Below are positions 28,222-42,430 of a stretch of DNA of 64,000 nucleotides, piece by piece (positions within the stretch are counted from its first letter, which is position 1; the number at the start of each line of letters is the position of its first letter). The position numbers were made by a program, and so were the translations under genes. The notes under the pieces were generated by a model. The model saw nothing but the letters and a program-made list of their open reading frames with translations, was not told where the DNA came from and made no database searches. Source of the DNA: Octopus vulgaris (lineage: Eukaryota); the NCBI GenBank assembly GCA_951406725.2, contig OX597818.1, positions 37,944,001 through 38,008,000 of the forward strand, written 5' to 3'.

Positions 28222-28385
28222 ATATGTGTGTATATATATACATATATATACACACATATATATATACATGTATATACATATATATATATCTATATATACA
28301 TACATATACATACATACATATACACATATTACAAATACATATATATATATACATATATATAAACACACTCACACACACACACATA
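27940..28385. repeat. (TA)n field with a four-copy minisatellite (ta)n-cacacatatatgacatg
   Basis: Unit seen three times complete at about 28016-28155 plus one partial copy. Confidence 0.9.
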
Positions 28386-29790
28386 AATCCATTCAGGTAG
28401 AAGGCCCAGCTCAATCTGTAGAAAAGGCATAGGTAGAAATTCCATAAGATGTACCCAATGTAATCTATGGATACATAAGAGGTGCAGCAATATCAAAGGA
28501 AGGCTAACTGGGAAGATAGTTTTTGTATATGGCAAATGCTCAGGTGCTATACACACTGAAAATGTGCAGAGAACAGCTTCTGTCACATTCCAGGGAGAAA
28601 AACTAGAAGTAGTTGATAGCTTCCATTACCTAGGGGACCAAGTCAGTAGCAGGAGTGGATGCTCTGAAAGTGTAGCTGCTAGAATAAGAATAGCCTGGGC
28701 AAAATTCAGAGAGCTCCTACCTGTGTTGGTGACAAAGTGCCTCTCGCACAGAGTAAAAGGTAGACTGTCTGATGCATGTGTACAAACAGCCATGCTACAT
28801 GGCAGTGAAACATGGCCATGACTGCTGAGGACATGTGTAAGCTTGCAAGGAATGAAACCAGTGTGCTCTGCTGAATGTGTAATGTCTGTGCATACACGAC
28901 AGAGTGTAAGCGCTCTGAAGGAAAAGTTGGATTTAAGAAGCATCAGATGTGGTGTGCAAGAGAGACGACAGTGCTGGTATGGTCATGTGTTATGAATAAA
29001 TGAGGACAGCTGTGTGAAAAAGTGCCACACCCTAACAGCAGAGGGAACCTGTGGAAGAGGTAGACCCAAGAAGACCTGGGATGAGGTGGTGAAGCACGAC
29101 CATCAAACACTGGGCCTTACTGCGGCAATGACTAGTGACCGAGACCTTTGGAGTTATGCTGTGCTTGAGAAGACCCAATAAGCCAAGTGAGACCATAATC
29201 TGTGGACTATGCAAGTGGGTGTAACCAGCCCACTTATAAGTTCTCCTCATTCATTGGATAATAAACTTTGGTTGCAAAGACTTATTGAGGCAATTGAAAT
29301 CAAAATCAAAATTGCTGACATGGCCGATGACAGTAACACCTGATTGGCACTCGTGCCAGTGGAATGTTAATAGCACCATCCAAGTGTGATCGTTGCCAGG
29401 GCCACTGATTGGCTCCAATGCTGGTGACACATAAAAAGCACCATTTGAGCGTGATTGTTGCCAGCATCATTTAACTGGCACATGAAAAACAACATTTGAG
29501 CATTGTCAGTGCTGCTGGTCAGGCTCCCATGCAGGTAGCATGTAAAAAACACCTTTTGAGTGTGGTCGTTGCCAGAACCATCTTACTGGCCCTCGTGCCA
29601 GTGGCACGTAAAAGCACCCACTACACTCTCAGAGTAGTTGGTATTAGGAAGGGCCTCCAGCTGTACAAACTTTGCCAGATCTGATTGGAGCCTGGTGCAG
29701 CTTTCTGGCTTGTCAGTCTTCAGTAAAAACGTCCAACCCATGCCAGCATGGAAAGCGGGCATCAAATGACAACAATGATGATGATGAACA
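28385..29790 (+). mobile_element. 5'-truncated RTE-clade LINE (3' end of ORF plus 3' UTR)
   Basis: ORF 28564-28821 EKLEVVDSFHYLGD..RIRIAWAKFRELLP..AMLHGSETWP, Cys-rich segment upstream, GRGRPKKTW motif, repetitive UTR ending in (gat)n. Confidence 0.9.
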
Positions 29791-29818
29791 GATATATATA
29801 TACATGTATATACATATC

Positions 29819-29852
<34 letters not shown>

Positions 29853-29917
29853 TCTACACATATGTATATAAGTATATACATATTTATATACATGCATATC
29901 TATATACATATACATAC

Positions 29918-29964
<47 letters not shown>

Positions 29965-30105
29965 CACACATACTTGATAACTGTAAATACCTGTATATGC
30001 CAGCTAGTGGTATAGGTGATAGGATTGTTCAATAAAGCCAGAAACATATGTACCGCGAAATCCTTTGCGTCCTGTTTTTCTTTTGATACATATATATATA
30101 CACAC

Positions 30106-30140
<35 letters not shown>

Positions 30141-30645
30141 CATACACATATATATATACATACATATATATCATATGTATGATTTTTTTTTTTATAGCTT
30201 ATCTGATTTCCAGTATAATTATAATTTTTGTACAATTAACTTCATTTTAAGGATGAAACATCCTTTTGCAATATTTTCTCTACACTATGATTCAACTGGT
30301 TTGATAGCTAATCCTTTTCAAGGTGTCTTATCTCTAGACTTATACAAATAAGTACTCAGGTGTTTTCTTCTATAGCACCAGGCTGACCAATGCCTTGTGA
30401 ATGAATTTGGTAGATGAAAATTGTGTGGAATATATATATATATATTTTTGAAAAAGGAAAAGAATGAATTTACTGGTAGTTTTAATTAATTTAATTTTTT
30501 AATAATATAAATTTATAGTTTGGTTTATAGATCTAGTAAGTTCATTGTTAACTTCAGCAGGGAGGTTTTTTAAAGATTTTTTGCCAACTTTTCTGGAGAA
30601 CTTTCTTGCATTCAGCGGTGGTGATAATCAATACATCTGCATACA

Positions 30646-30678
<33 letters not shown>

Positions 30679-30780
30679 CTTTATGTCAATGCTTTTCCCC
30701 ATTCCTGCTTGATAACCAATGTTGGTTTGTTATGTCCCCATGATTTAGTAGTTTAGCAAAAAAACAGGTAGAATAAGTGC

Positions 30781-31117
30781 TGAGACCCTCTTCAGTCAAG
30801 ACTGACCATGGGATTGCACCTGAAAAGTTACCCTCCCGGGCACAAGTCTGGGCAAGATTGTTTTACGGAAGACCAGCAGTCGTCCATACATACCGGCCTC
30901 CCCTCTCCATGCCACCAGGGTTATCTAAAGGAAAGGCAAAGGCTGATACAGCTTGGCACCTGTGACGTCACAACTCATTTATACAACTGTGTGAACTGGA
31001 GCAACATGAAATAAAGTGTCTTGCTCAAGAGCACAACATGCAGCCAAGTCAGGGATTCGAACTCACAACCACACGATCGTAAGCTCGACACTCTAACCAC
31101 TGAGCCATGCGCCTTCA
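30781..31117 (-). mobile_element. SINE family C inserted into a family A remnant
   Basis: tagaataagt duplicated on both sides. Confidence 0.85.
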
Positions 31118-32134
31118 CTAGAATAAGTACTAGACTTAAAAATAAGTACCAGGATGAATTTGTTTGACTAAAATCTGTCCAGCAAGGCTGTAATCTAATG
31201 ACTAAAATAAATAAAATATAAAAGATACTGCCAGATAGCATTTGAACTAGAAACTTGTTTTTCTAAACTAAGTGTAATAATGTTCTTAACCTTTGACATA
31301 TAACTGAATCAGCAGTCTAGTTCAGGAAGAACTTTACCATCAGTTTAGAAATGCAGCTCCCTGATTCAAAATAAATCTGGGACCATGTATACAAAAAAGA
31401 ATAAAGACACCTCAAGGCAATCAGAAAGCAAAACAACTAAAGTGTAGCAAAGGTGTAAATATTGTAAAGATTATTTTCCATTTCTAATGAACAGTTTAAT
31501 AATCTGAAAAATCATTATCTTATTAACTATTTATCTCAGAAATTTATATGATATGTATATATATATATATATATATAAGAATGATTATTTCTACAATAAA
31601 CAGTTTCATTCTTTTCCAATTATGGCTATCTAAACTGCAGTCAAGGGACTCAGCAAATCACTCATATAGACATATATATAAAATGCTCCAGCACACAGTG
31701 ATGTATGCTATACATTAAAGAATCAAGGTGGTGTAGGTTTTGTACAATTGAATGAACTCAAATCCTTTTCAAAGCTTTGAACTCCACTGACCTACTGAAT
31801 TTGAGATCAGAGATTTTCATGAAATGCAAGCATCTTGACAAGTTTCTGCTACTGAATTGGAGAACACTACTCTCTCCACATTAGGCATACAGTCTTACAA
31901 ACTTCAGCCTTTTTCCATCATATTAATCTCACGAAACATTTTTAATTCATATATAGACCTTATCAGTATTCTCCTTCTAACTGACCAAAGGAGACAACTC
32001 TTATCTCCCCTTCTCTCCTAACTTTCTTTTTCTCATTTATTTCTTTGTGCCTGAAAAACTGGACAATTATACACATCATGATTAGTGTACTATCTGAACA
32101 TGATACTTATAGTATTTAAATCTGGTATTTATTT

Positions 32135-32169
<35 letters not shown>

Positions 32170-32480
32170 GCAGTAATAAAGGAAATTTTGAATGCGGTAA
32201 AGCCGTAAGGACACCAGAGAAAGATTGGGTATTTACCCTTATAAGACAGAAAAAAGTAGTCATAAGGTGGGTATGAGACTGAACCCACACCCTTCAAATA
32301 CCAGCTGAACCATTAAGCTCAAACCATTAAGCTATAACTTAATGCAATAACATTTTCTAAACAAATTTTGAAGCATTGAATGTGGTTAGTATTTTGCAGA
32401 AAAGAAAATACATTTTGAATGCAGTAAAGATATAAGGAGAGAAAGATTGGGTTTTTATTCTTATAAGACAGAGAATGTAG

Positions 32481-32527
<47 letters not shown>

Positions 32528-32935
32528 CATAAACATGTGTCTGAGTGTGTGTGTGTGCATGTGTGTGTGTATAAATGAAGCAATAATTGCTATATAGCTA
32601 ATTAGGAAAAATGCATGCATGTATATGCAATGCTAAGAAGCCTCTATGAATACAAATATGTTTCCAAGGTTATATATTACATTAATGTACATTATCTTTG
32701 TGTGTAAGATCAAAGAAAGACTAAAAGGAATAACACAAAGAAATACAATACATAACAAGAGACTTTAGCTAAAAGTAAAAGTAATAATAAAATGTGGAAA
32801 TAAGTATAAATAGAAAACAGGAAAACAAGGATAGCATCTTGAATATAATACGCATGCGTGTATGTATATATATATATATATATATATATTGTACACACAC
32901 ATATATGTATACACACAAACGCACACATATATACG

Positions 32936-32986
<51 letters not shown>

Positions 32987-33234
32987 CATTTAGATATGTA
33001 CATATGTTTTTCAAGATGTTTCTTTTTATATTATGATACAAGCAATTTTACTCAACACATTTGATAGAGTACAAATTTATCGTTCTTTAACGGGAATAGA
33101 TTTGGCAGTGACTTCAAGGTTTCAGCCAGCTAGCCATCATCGGACTGTCTGACGATGGCTTAGCTTCCCGAAACTTCAAAGTCACTGTTAATATTATACT
33201 TGTTAAAGAATAACAAATTACGTTTTGTATGTGT

Positions 33235-33279
33235 GTCTGTGTGCATGGGGTGTGTGTGCATATATATATGTATACTCGT

Positions 33280-33325
<46 letters not shown>

Positions 33326-33448
33326 ATATATATATACATATATTTGTGTATATTAATATATGTATATATATGTGTGTATATGAATATATATTTATATGTA
33401 TAAATATATATATATGTACATGTGTGTATATATATATATAATATAAAT

Positions 33449-33492
<44 letters not shown>

Positions 33493-33560
33493 ATATATAT
33501 GTATATATATATATAATATATATATATGCACATGTGTGGATATATATATATAATATAAAT

Positions 33561-33651
<91 letters not shown>

Positions 33652-33795
33652 TATATAAATATATATACATATATATGTATATATATCTATATATATATGT
33701 ATATATATATATATACATATATGTACATACAAAAATATACATATATATATATACATACAAATATATATATATATACATATATATATACATACAGA

Positions 33796-33827
<32 letters not shown>

Positions 33828-33842
33828 CATATATATATATAC

Positions 33843-33914
<72 letters not shown>

Positions 33915-34035
33915 ATATATGTATATATAAATATATGTATATATGTATGTGTGTATATATGTATATATATATATATATATATATAAATATGTGTGTGTGT
34001 GTATGTTTATATATATATATAAATATATATATAAT
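33235..34035. repeat. Compound (TA)n microsatellite field (others at 16200-16800, 29790-30180, 34395-34590, 35480-35995)
   Basis: Low complexity. Confidence 0.95.
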
Positions 34036-34396
34036 AGTGTACATTTCAATACAAGAGAAAACTGCCTTAGCAGGCAGGTTTTACATACTAGAAGTAGTCA
34101 AAACGGCCAAAACCACATTTAAGAGCAATCTTGAAAAGGAATGAAAAATAAAAACTTTAACCTTGTTATTTTAATGTATAAATATATATATATATATGTA
34201 CATATATATAAATATATATATATATATATGTAGATTTCAAAATTTTTTTAGCAAATAAAATAATTTGCTAGGCGAATTTCTCATCAGTGACTGCGCCATA
34301 ACACTAATGAATAAGAGATGAATAACACGTGTCTCATTGTTATACAGTATGATTTTTCAAATTCATTGCACAAGCGCATCTTCAGTTGCCTTTTTC

Positions 34397-34445
<49 letters not shown>

Positions 34446-35069
34446 TATATATATAAATATAAGTAAATATATATAAATATAAGTAAATATATATAAATAT
34501 AAGTAAATATATATTAATATAAGTAAATATATATAAATATATATAGAAAAATAAATATTAATTATATATAAATATATATATATATTGATATATGTATATT
34601 CCAGAGTAAGTACATAAACAGTGGAAAAAAGAGTACTCAAATACCAGAGGTAGAGTAATATGCTTTATTTAAAAGCAGCAGGAATATCACAAAAACTGTT
34701 ACTTAGAGTTTCACTTTCCCGTTCATCAGACAAAGCTGTCCGACAAACGGGAACATGAAACTCTGAGTAACAATTTTTGTGATATTTATGCTGCTTTTAA
34801 ATAATACACATATACATATATTTCTACATGTATATGGTACATATATTTCTACATGTATATGGTACATATAAATATCTACATATACTTATATGTATTATTT
34901 ATAAAAAAATAAGATGACAAAGGAATACAGGATTATTTTATGAACATCATTATCTTACAGTTTTTTTATTTATGCTTATGAACATATATATATATAAAGA
35001 TATATTTATATAAAGATATATTTATATAATATATATATATATATATATATAAGTAATTTCTCATCAGTG

Positions 35070-35219
35070 ACCACCCGGAAGACATCCACGACGGTGGAGT
35101 GACGATTTCAAGAAGACGATTGGGATCACATGGATGAGAAAGGCGCGATCCAGAGAGGAGTGGACAGCGTGCTGTGACCAGAAGTGTCAAATGGACGCCT
35201 GATGGACTGGTCGGTCAAA

Positions 35220-35223
<4 letters not shown>
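35070..35223 (+). mobile_element. Short 3' end of another RTE-like LINE
   Basis: Translates PPGRHPRRWSDDFKKTIGITWMRKARSREEW, a typical RTE ORF C-terminus; flanked by (TA)n. Confidence 0.7.
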
Positions 35224-35264
<41 letters not shown>

Positions 35265-35802
35265 GTATGTATGCATGTATGTATGTATGCATGCATGCAT
35301 GCATGTATGTATGTATGTATGTATACACACAAACAATCACATAAGCAGACAAAAGAGGTGTAATTTAATGAAGTTCATACGATAATCATTTATTCCTTTG
35401 TCATCTTATTTTCTTATTACTGCTCCGAACTTGACAAATGCTTTGTTCTGAGTCATGTGTGTATTGAGTTCTACAGCAGGTTATTAGTCTTGCAATGCCT
35501 GAGTGAATTAATAAAATGTATTATTAATTTATTTAGGTATATGTGTGTGTGCATGTGTGTTTGTGTGTGTATGTGTGTATGTAAATGTGTGCGTGTATGT
35601 ATATCTGTGTGTGTATGTGCATGTGTATATATATCTATATATATATATGCATACACAATTATATATATACACACACACAGATTTATATATACATATATAT
35701 GTATATATACATATAAAAATATAAAATTAATTTACAAATATAATGTAATATAATACATACACATATATATATATAATTAATTTATAAATATAATGTAATA
35801 TA

Positions 35803-35835
<33 letters not shown>

Positions 35836-35894
35836 GCATACATATACATATTTATAATACATATACATATAATACACACATATATTTAATATAT

Positions 35895-35939
<45 letters not shown>

Positions 35940-36699
35940 TATTAATGTATTTATATGTAAATATATATATATACATATAAATGTCATATATATATTAGAA
36001 TCCATACGAGCCAAATTTACGAGTCAGCTTGAAGCAGCTTGAAGATAAAATTAGTGGGTGTACTACTTCAGAAAATTTTATCTGTTGTTTTAATATTGTG
36101 TAAAAGGAAACAAACATATAAAAAGAAAATTTATGCATAAACTTTATCAGTTCACATTTTAGCCACTACCAGGTAGTGTTTAATTTGTTCACTGAGCACT
36201 GCAGTGAATTCCTCCCTTGTTTTTCAAAAATCCCCCCTGAATCACAAAATAGGGGGGAATGTACCCTATTTTTCAAATCCTGGCAGCAACACTGAAGCTG
36301 GAAGCAGGATAATAATTTAATTCTACACTTTATCATATAAACACGTTTTTAAGCACAACACACGGGGAGTCAAAAAGAAACGCTATCTTTCACCTGGCAC
36401 TGTCATTCATGCAGTGCTCTCTCTCCTTAGTGTGAAACTACCTATCTCAGACATGTATTTGCACAACAGCCAAATATTGAGTTGCCGGAACTGTGAAGTG
36501 CACAGTTCTATCCAAGGATTTTTGTATTTTTTTCATAAACTAGGGAATGGCTACTGATATTAAGCTTAAGGATTATATCATGTACATGTATAAATAAATA
36601 ATTAAAGAAAAAAAAGGAACTCATTATATTGAATGTTATTGATAATATCAAGTGGAAATACGGGGTGCTGCAGTTCCTATACATGAGCTGCCAGTGTAT

Positions 36700-36940
36700 A
36701 CAGGGTGGTGCATAGGTAGGTATACAGTTATGAAAAAAGAAAACACATACAATACACATTTAATTTTATCAGAAAAATTAAAAGTTACAATAAAAGTATT
36801 ATTATAGTTATGATAAATGTATTATTATGATTAAGGACACTGAAAATATCAAAAATGAGGCTAACGAATTTAATATGCTAATAATTTTCATGAATTAAAT
36901 TCATGTGATACTTACTGTATACCTACTTTTGCACACCCGG
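36700..36940. mobile_element. Tc1/mariner-type MITE
   Basis: Imperfect TIRs cagggtggtgcataggtaggtatacagt / actgtatacctacttttgcacacccgg. Confidence 0.6.
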
Positions 36941-36994
36941 AAAACATATATATACGTATGTATGTATGTATGTATGTATGTATGTATGTATGTA

Positions 36995-37039
<45 letters not shown>

Positions 37040-37049
<10 letters not shown>

Positions 37050-38480
37050 GAAGTTAAATACCGGTGTTATTAAAATCTTTTTACTTCCAACATATGTTTC
37101 AAAGAAAACATTGGTATTATTCCAGAAGGAATAAAATGGTGTAAAACAATGCATTTTTCTCCTCTATTGACATTAATTCTACCTCTATTAATCAGGACAT
37201 GAAATCAAGTGATAACAATATTAATTTTATTTCGAATAACAACACCAAATCAAGTAATCTAATTCTGCAGCATAAGGGAGATAAGTGTTATTTAGGACCC
37301 CCTTTTTTTTTTTTATAAAGGTACATCAAGGCCATTTAAAGATAACTACCCTAATAACAAGGTTTGTCCTAGCAAAACTGTTTGGTTAATAATTCCATAT
37401 GATAAGCAGATCAAATCCAACCTCCCTCACCAGTTTCGTGAAGCTAGAGAAAAGAATTTCCAAAGAAATTCAAGATACTATTTGATTATTAATTCACACT
37501 GAATCAGGATAGGTTTTTCTAACACAAAAAATTTTTCACAAATCATCTCTTCACAAAATAATAAGTTATTAAATACAAATCCACTTAATGAAAATAGTAA
37601 CATTGATTTTGCTAGCACTAACCATTCTTTAAGTAATAATAGCAGCAGTGTTAGTGTTTCTGATGTTGACTCCAATCACATTCATTTTATTAGAAGTAAT
37701 TCTAAGACTAGAAACTCTATTTATCAATGTAAAATTACTTCTAGTTCTGACTTTTTTTTGTATAGGTAGTTTTTCATCTCAGTTGTCCAAAAGAATATCT
37801 AATCATTACTCTACATTTAGACATATCAATAAGCATAACAATACTGGGCTTAGTAAATTAATTTGGTATCTAAAGGATCATAATAAACAATTTGATTTGG
37901 AATGGAATATGCTCTCTATATCTTTTCTGTATGATAAAGGTAAATCTTTGTGTAACAGTGAAATGTATTTTATCCTGTTCTCAGAGAATCATCTTGTAAT
38001 CATGTTTATAGAACACATTTATCATTGCAAACATTGGTAGACACATACATTTAGTTTCTATAAGTGATTTCTACCATTCTATAAAATTCGACCTTTGACT
38101 GTCTTCTTACATTTCACTTCCATGCCTTTAAGCTTTATTCCTATTCACCTATCGCTCTATATATCTCCACTATTTGTTATCTGCTAATTTCTTTTTTTCT
38201 CCTCCTTCTCTTTCCATAAAATACCTTTGACGTTATATCGACTAACAGTTTTTTTTTTTAAACTTGCTAGTGTTCCCTTCATCATATCTGCAGTCATCAC
38301 ATTCCATTAAAATGTCTTATTGATGTGTTTGGTTTCTTTCTTTCCCTGATGAGAAGATTGCATTGTTTTACACCATTTTATTCCTTCTGGAATAACACCA
38401 ATGTTTTCTTTGAAACATATGCTGGAAGTAAAAAGATTTGAATAACACCTGCATTTAACTCCATTTATTTATTTATCTAT
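37040..38480 (+). mobile_element. 5'-truncated Penelope-like element: GIY-YIG remnant, 3' terminal repeat with hammerhead motif, and inverted terminal-repeat copy at the 5' end
   Basis: ORF 37648-38040 FCIGS...KRISNHYSTF...TGLSKLIWYLKD...EWNML..LCNSE; 38350-38475 is the reverse complement of 37040-37160. Confidence 0.85.
38342..38427 (+). ncRNA. Decayed hammerhead motif in the Penelope terminal repeat
   Basis: ttcc-CTGATGA-gaag..tcttt-GAAAC-atat-gct-ggaa; the inverted copy retains GTT at the cleavage triplet. Confidence 0.55.
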
Positions 38481-38698
38481 ATTATACAAAATCATTTCAC
38501 CTAAACCTGGAGTTTCTACCTTTATAAGTAGGCTGTTACATCCTAAGTGCTTGTGTGAATTTTTGCTACCCTGGTAACTATTTTTTTTTTCCATGTTATT
38601 TGTAAACATTGAAAAAACACACATACATTTATATATATATATACATGAAAGTGTGTGTATGTGTTTTTAATATATATACACATACTCACAATGATATA

Positions 38699-39971
38699 TG
38701 TGGGTGAACTGAAAAGTACAAAGGCTGACTATGAAAGAGTGTTGCTAGAGCTGTGAAATCTTGCATGCATTAATTTCAAATCTTCTTAATAAATGGATTG
38801 TTTTTTCCAGCTAAACTGACATAACTGTTCAAAGAAGACTTCAAAAGTAACTAGTAATAACTTCTCTTGAAAATGGACAAAATTTGGCTTTGTGGTGTTA
38901 TCAAGTACCAGTAGAAAAAGGGTTTAGCCTCCAAGCACATTCATACTGACATGGTTGCTACATTGGGGGATGACACTCCAGCATTATCAACAATGCAAAA
39001 GTAGGCAGGTGAATTTAGGAGGAAAAGTGAGTGGCTTGAAGATGACCCAAAGGTCTGGACATCATGCAACAGCCACCACTGAGGAAAATATTGATCATGT
39101 TCCCCACATGGTGATGGATAACAAGCATTTCACAATAAATCAAATAACCAATGTTATTAGCATATTCCATGAAAGAGTTGAGAATATTCTGCACAATGAA
39201 TTTGGTATGTCATAGGTTTCTGCTCAGTGAGTGCCATGTCTTCTGACACCTGATCAAAAATATGCCAGGCTGATTACATTATGGGAAAACCTGATACTAT
39301 TTGATAGAGATCCAAGTGGATTCCTTGAATGTTTCTTCAATCAGAATAGGTTGGATTCATCATTTTGAGACAGAGACAATTCATGCAGTGGAAACACTCC
39401 TCCTCACCTGCTCCAAAGAAGGTCAAGGTCATTTCATCTGCAGAGGAGGTGATGGCCTCAGTTTCTTGGGATGCAAAAGGCATTGTATTTATTAACTATC
39501 TTCAAAAGAGCCACACCATCGATGGAATGTACTATGCAAACTTACTGAGGCAGTTATGAAAGGCTATCAAGACCAAATCCTCAGGAAAACTGACAAAAAG
39601 GGCCTTGTTTCATCAGAATAATACTCCAACACACAAGCCATTGGTTTCAATAGCTTCTGTGCTTGACTGTGGCTTTGAACTGGTTCATCAGCCTCTCTAT
39701 TTTCCTGCTTTGGCCCCATCTGGCTAGTATCTGCTCCCCTACATGAAAAAAATATTTGGCTAGGGACCAGTATCACTGTGATGATAATATCATAGCTACT
39801 GTTAATGACTTTTTTGATGAAAACTTCATCATCAAAGGGATCCAAGCATTGCAACACTGATGAAAGAAGTATGTTGACTGCAAGGGGGAACTATATTGAA
39901 AAATAAACCTCATTTTGTTGCATTCCATGAGGGTATCTTTGTCAGCCTACGAACTTTTCAACCAACTCTCA
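38699..39971 (+). mobile_element. Degenerate full-length mariner, second family
   Basis: Imperfect TIRs (gaactgaaaagtacaaaggctgac / gtcagcctacgaacttttcaacc); ORF fragments MQWKHSSSPAPKKVKV..ASVSWDAKGIVFINYL and ENILHNEFGMS; many stops. Confidence 0.9.
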
Positions 39972-40914
39972 TATGTTAGATAATTTCTATTCTTATGCAA
40001 CCATTTTTAAAATTGTAGAATTTTTAGTCCTATACATGAAAACCAACAAGGTATGTAAATTCTGGAATTTTCCTAAGTGATAGTTCCCCTGTATGTGATA
40101 CATATGTTTATATGTAAGAATATTTCAATGTAAAAGAAAGAAGTTCTGTCAAAAGGTGTGATAAATGGAAAATTATAAAATGAAAATTTATCAAATCACT
40201 ATATTATATTACAAGTAAAAAGGGGTATAATCTGTTCAATAAAAGTTTTTAAGTATAAACAAACCTTATATATTTTTTTATTTTGTATATGTATATAAAT
40301 ATATTATAAAAAATATTTATCTTGTCTGTGAAAAGAAAAGACTTGGTTTATTCTACCAACTATTCAAATATATATTTAAGTGCACTTCCAGTTCTTTCCT
40401 ATCATTATCTTAGAAAAGAAATTAAAGCTAAACTATAAAATAACATATTGCAATAGGTTAGAAACAATACTTACAGAGTCCCAGGAAAGGAGGTACGGGA
40501 TAAGTAAGTCAAGATGATAATGGGAAGACAGTGATCAATATCCATAAAAGACTGAGTCAAAGTAGAGACTGTGAGATGGTGGGAAGCACAGAAAGGTAAA
40601 TGGAGAGGTGTATGAGATATCAATAAATCCAATGCAACCTCTCCTTACTTGTGTATCATGATGGGAAAGAATCAAAAGTGGTAACTATATGCTTACTAGC
40701 AAGAGAGAAAGGAGGCTATTAACAAGTAGATGAAGAAATGGTCAGTAGTAAGCATGTAACAGGTGGTATATAGAGAAATAAGGGAGTGTCAAAGAGGCAA
40801 AATGGGCACAGGAATTTAATATCCAAAAGGCCCAGATGTGGGTATACTATGTATCCCAGCCTCCATCACTCTACCCATTATTTTGTGCATGTACACATAC
40901 AAATATATACATAC

Positions 40915-41215
40915 ATGTATGTATGGCCCAGTGGTCAGGGCAGCGGACCCGCGGTCCGAGGATCACGGTTTCGATTCCCAGACCAGGCATTGTGTGTGTT
41001 TATTGAGCGAAAACACCTAAAAAGCTCCACGAGGCTCTGGCAGGGTGTGGTGGCGACCCCTGTTGTACTCTCTCACCACAACTTTCTTTCACTTTCTCTT
41101 CCTGTTTCTTGAGTAGCTCTGCAATAGACTGGCATCCCGTCCAGCTGGAGGAACACATACGCTACAGAAACCGGGAAACCAGGCCCATGAGCCTGACTAG
41201 GCTTGAAAAGGGCGA
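40915..41215 (+). mobile_element. tRNA-derived SINE, fourth family
   Basis: A box tggcccagtgg, B box gtttcgattccc, then gactggcatcccgtccag...gctacagaaaccggg. Confidence 0.75.
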
Positions 41216-42114
41216 CGTTTATCGTATATATTTGTATATATACACATATAAGTTTCAATAATTTATTACTTAGAGAGTAAAGTTTTGATAGTTCAATTTC
41301 TAGAAATAACATTTATTCATTCATTTCATGTATCTTTTTAAGTGCTCTTATATCTTATTGGATAAAACAAGTTGAACTATTTTGGATGAAATATGAAAAC
41401 CTTGTAAATGAAATATGTCAACTGCACGAACCAAGTATTTTTAAAAGCTAGTTATAAATCCTGAAATAAAAGCTGTACCATCAACCAAGTTTTTCCAACA
41501 TTTCCTTGCAAAGTAGGAACCAACTTTGTAAAATGCTTAATTTAGCCTAATTTATTATTTCCCACAGATTATCCCATGCTGATGATTCCAAAGAAGGATG
41601 AAATAGTGCTATACATGGCTACCAACAACCAAAAATTTTAAGATCTTCATAATGTGTAGGAAAAAGAAATATTAAATATCTACATTTTGTACATTTGTTT
41701 TTATGCTTTGACTTCAATTTCAAACTTTCAGAACCATCTCAATTTAACTTAATCTGGAAGGGACTGTATCTCCTTAGATAGCTGACCACCAGGGGTACGT
41801 CCTATGTTTAAAAGAATCTTTTTGCTCAGATGACTAGTAAGCAAACTGACTCTTAATTTCTTATTATTAATGCTATTTAAGTGCTAATGGCTGTAAGTGG
41901 ATATTCACAGTGCGGTACTAAAACAACTGTATAACACTAATTTATCTAATAGTAAAATACTGATGCTTGATTCAAATCTTGAGTCTGAAAGAATTTTGAC
42001 CTAAAACTCTATACTGAAACCAATTTTGTTATGTTTGGGAAGAGTCATAATTGATAAAGGCCCCTCAGCCTCTGGTTCTTTACTTATGTTTCACTCCTCT
42101 TGCTTCTTCAAACA

Positions 42115-42430
42115 TCATCACCATTATCATCATCATCATTTAACGTCTGTTGTCTATGCAGGTATGGGTTGGACGGTTTGACCAGAGCTGGTAAGCTGGA
42201 AGGCTGCTTCAGACTCCAGTCTGATTTGGCATGGTTTTCTATGGCTGGATGCCCTTCCTAATGCCAACCACCCCAAGAGTGTGATGGGTGCTTTTATGTG
42301 CCATTTGCACGACGCTGTATCTGCCACAACTGCAATTTTGCTCAGCTTGGTGGATCTTCTCAAGCATGACATAATGCCAAAGGTCTACGTAATTGTCTCT
42401 GTGAGGCCCAGCAGTCGAAAGGAACTCAGC
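42115..42430 (-). mobile_element. RTE 3'-UTR fragment (similar pieces at 9315-9430, 10585-10770, 63065-63505)
   Basis: (cat)n tail and ctggatgcccttcctaatgccaacc motif. Confidence 0.7.

Noticed and set aside
31975-32060. Minus-strand acceptor followed by HKEINEKKKVRREGEIRVVSFGQLEGEY-stop
   Set aside because: Phase does not match the flanking phase 0 donors and there is no homology
40020-41660. Plus-strand splice-like sites (about 40028-40050, acceptor near 41568, donor near 21758) hinting at a nested antisense gene
   Set aside because: No consistent frame or recognisable protein; such sites occur by chance
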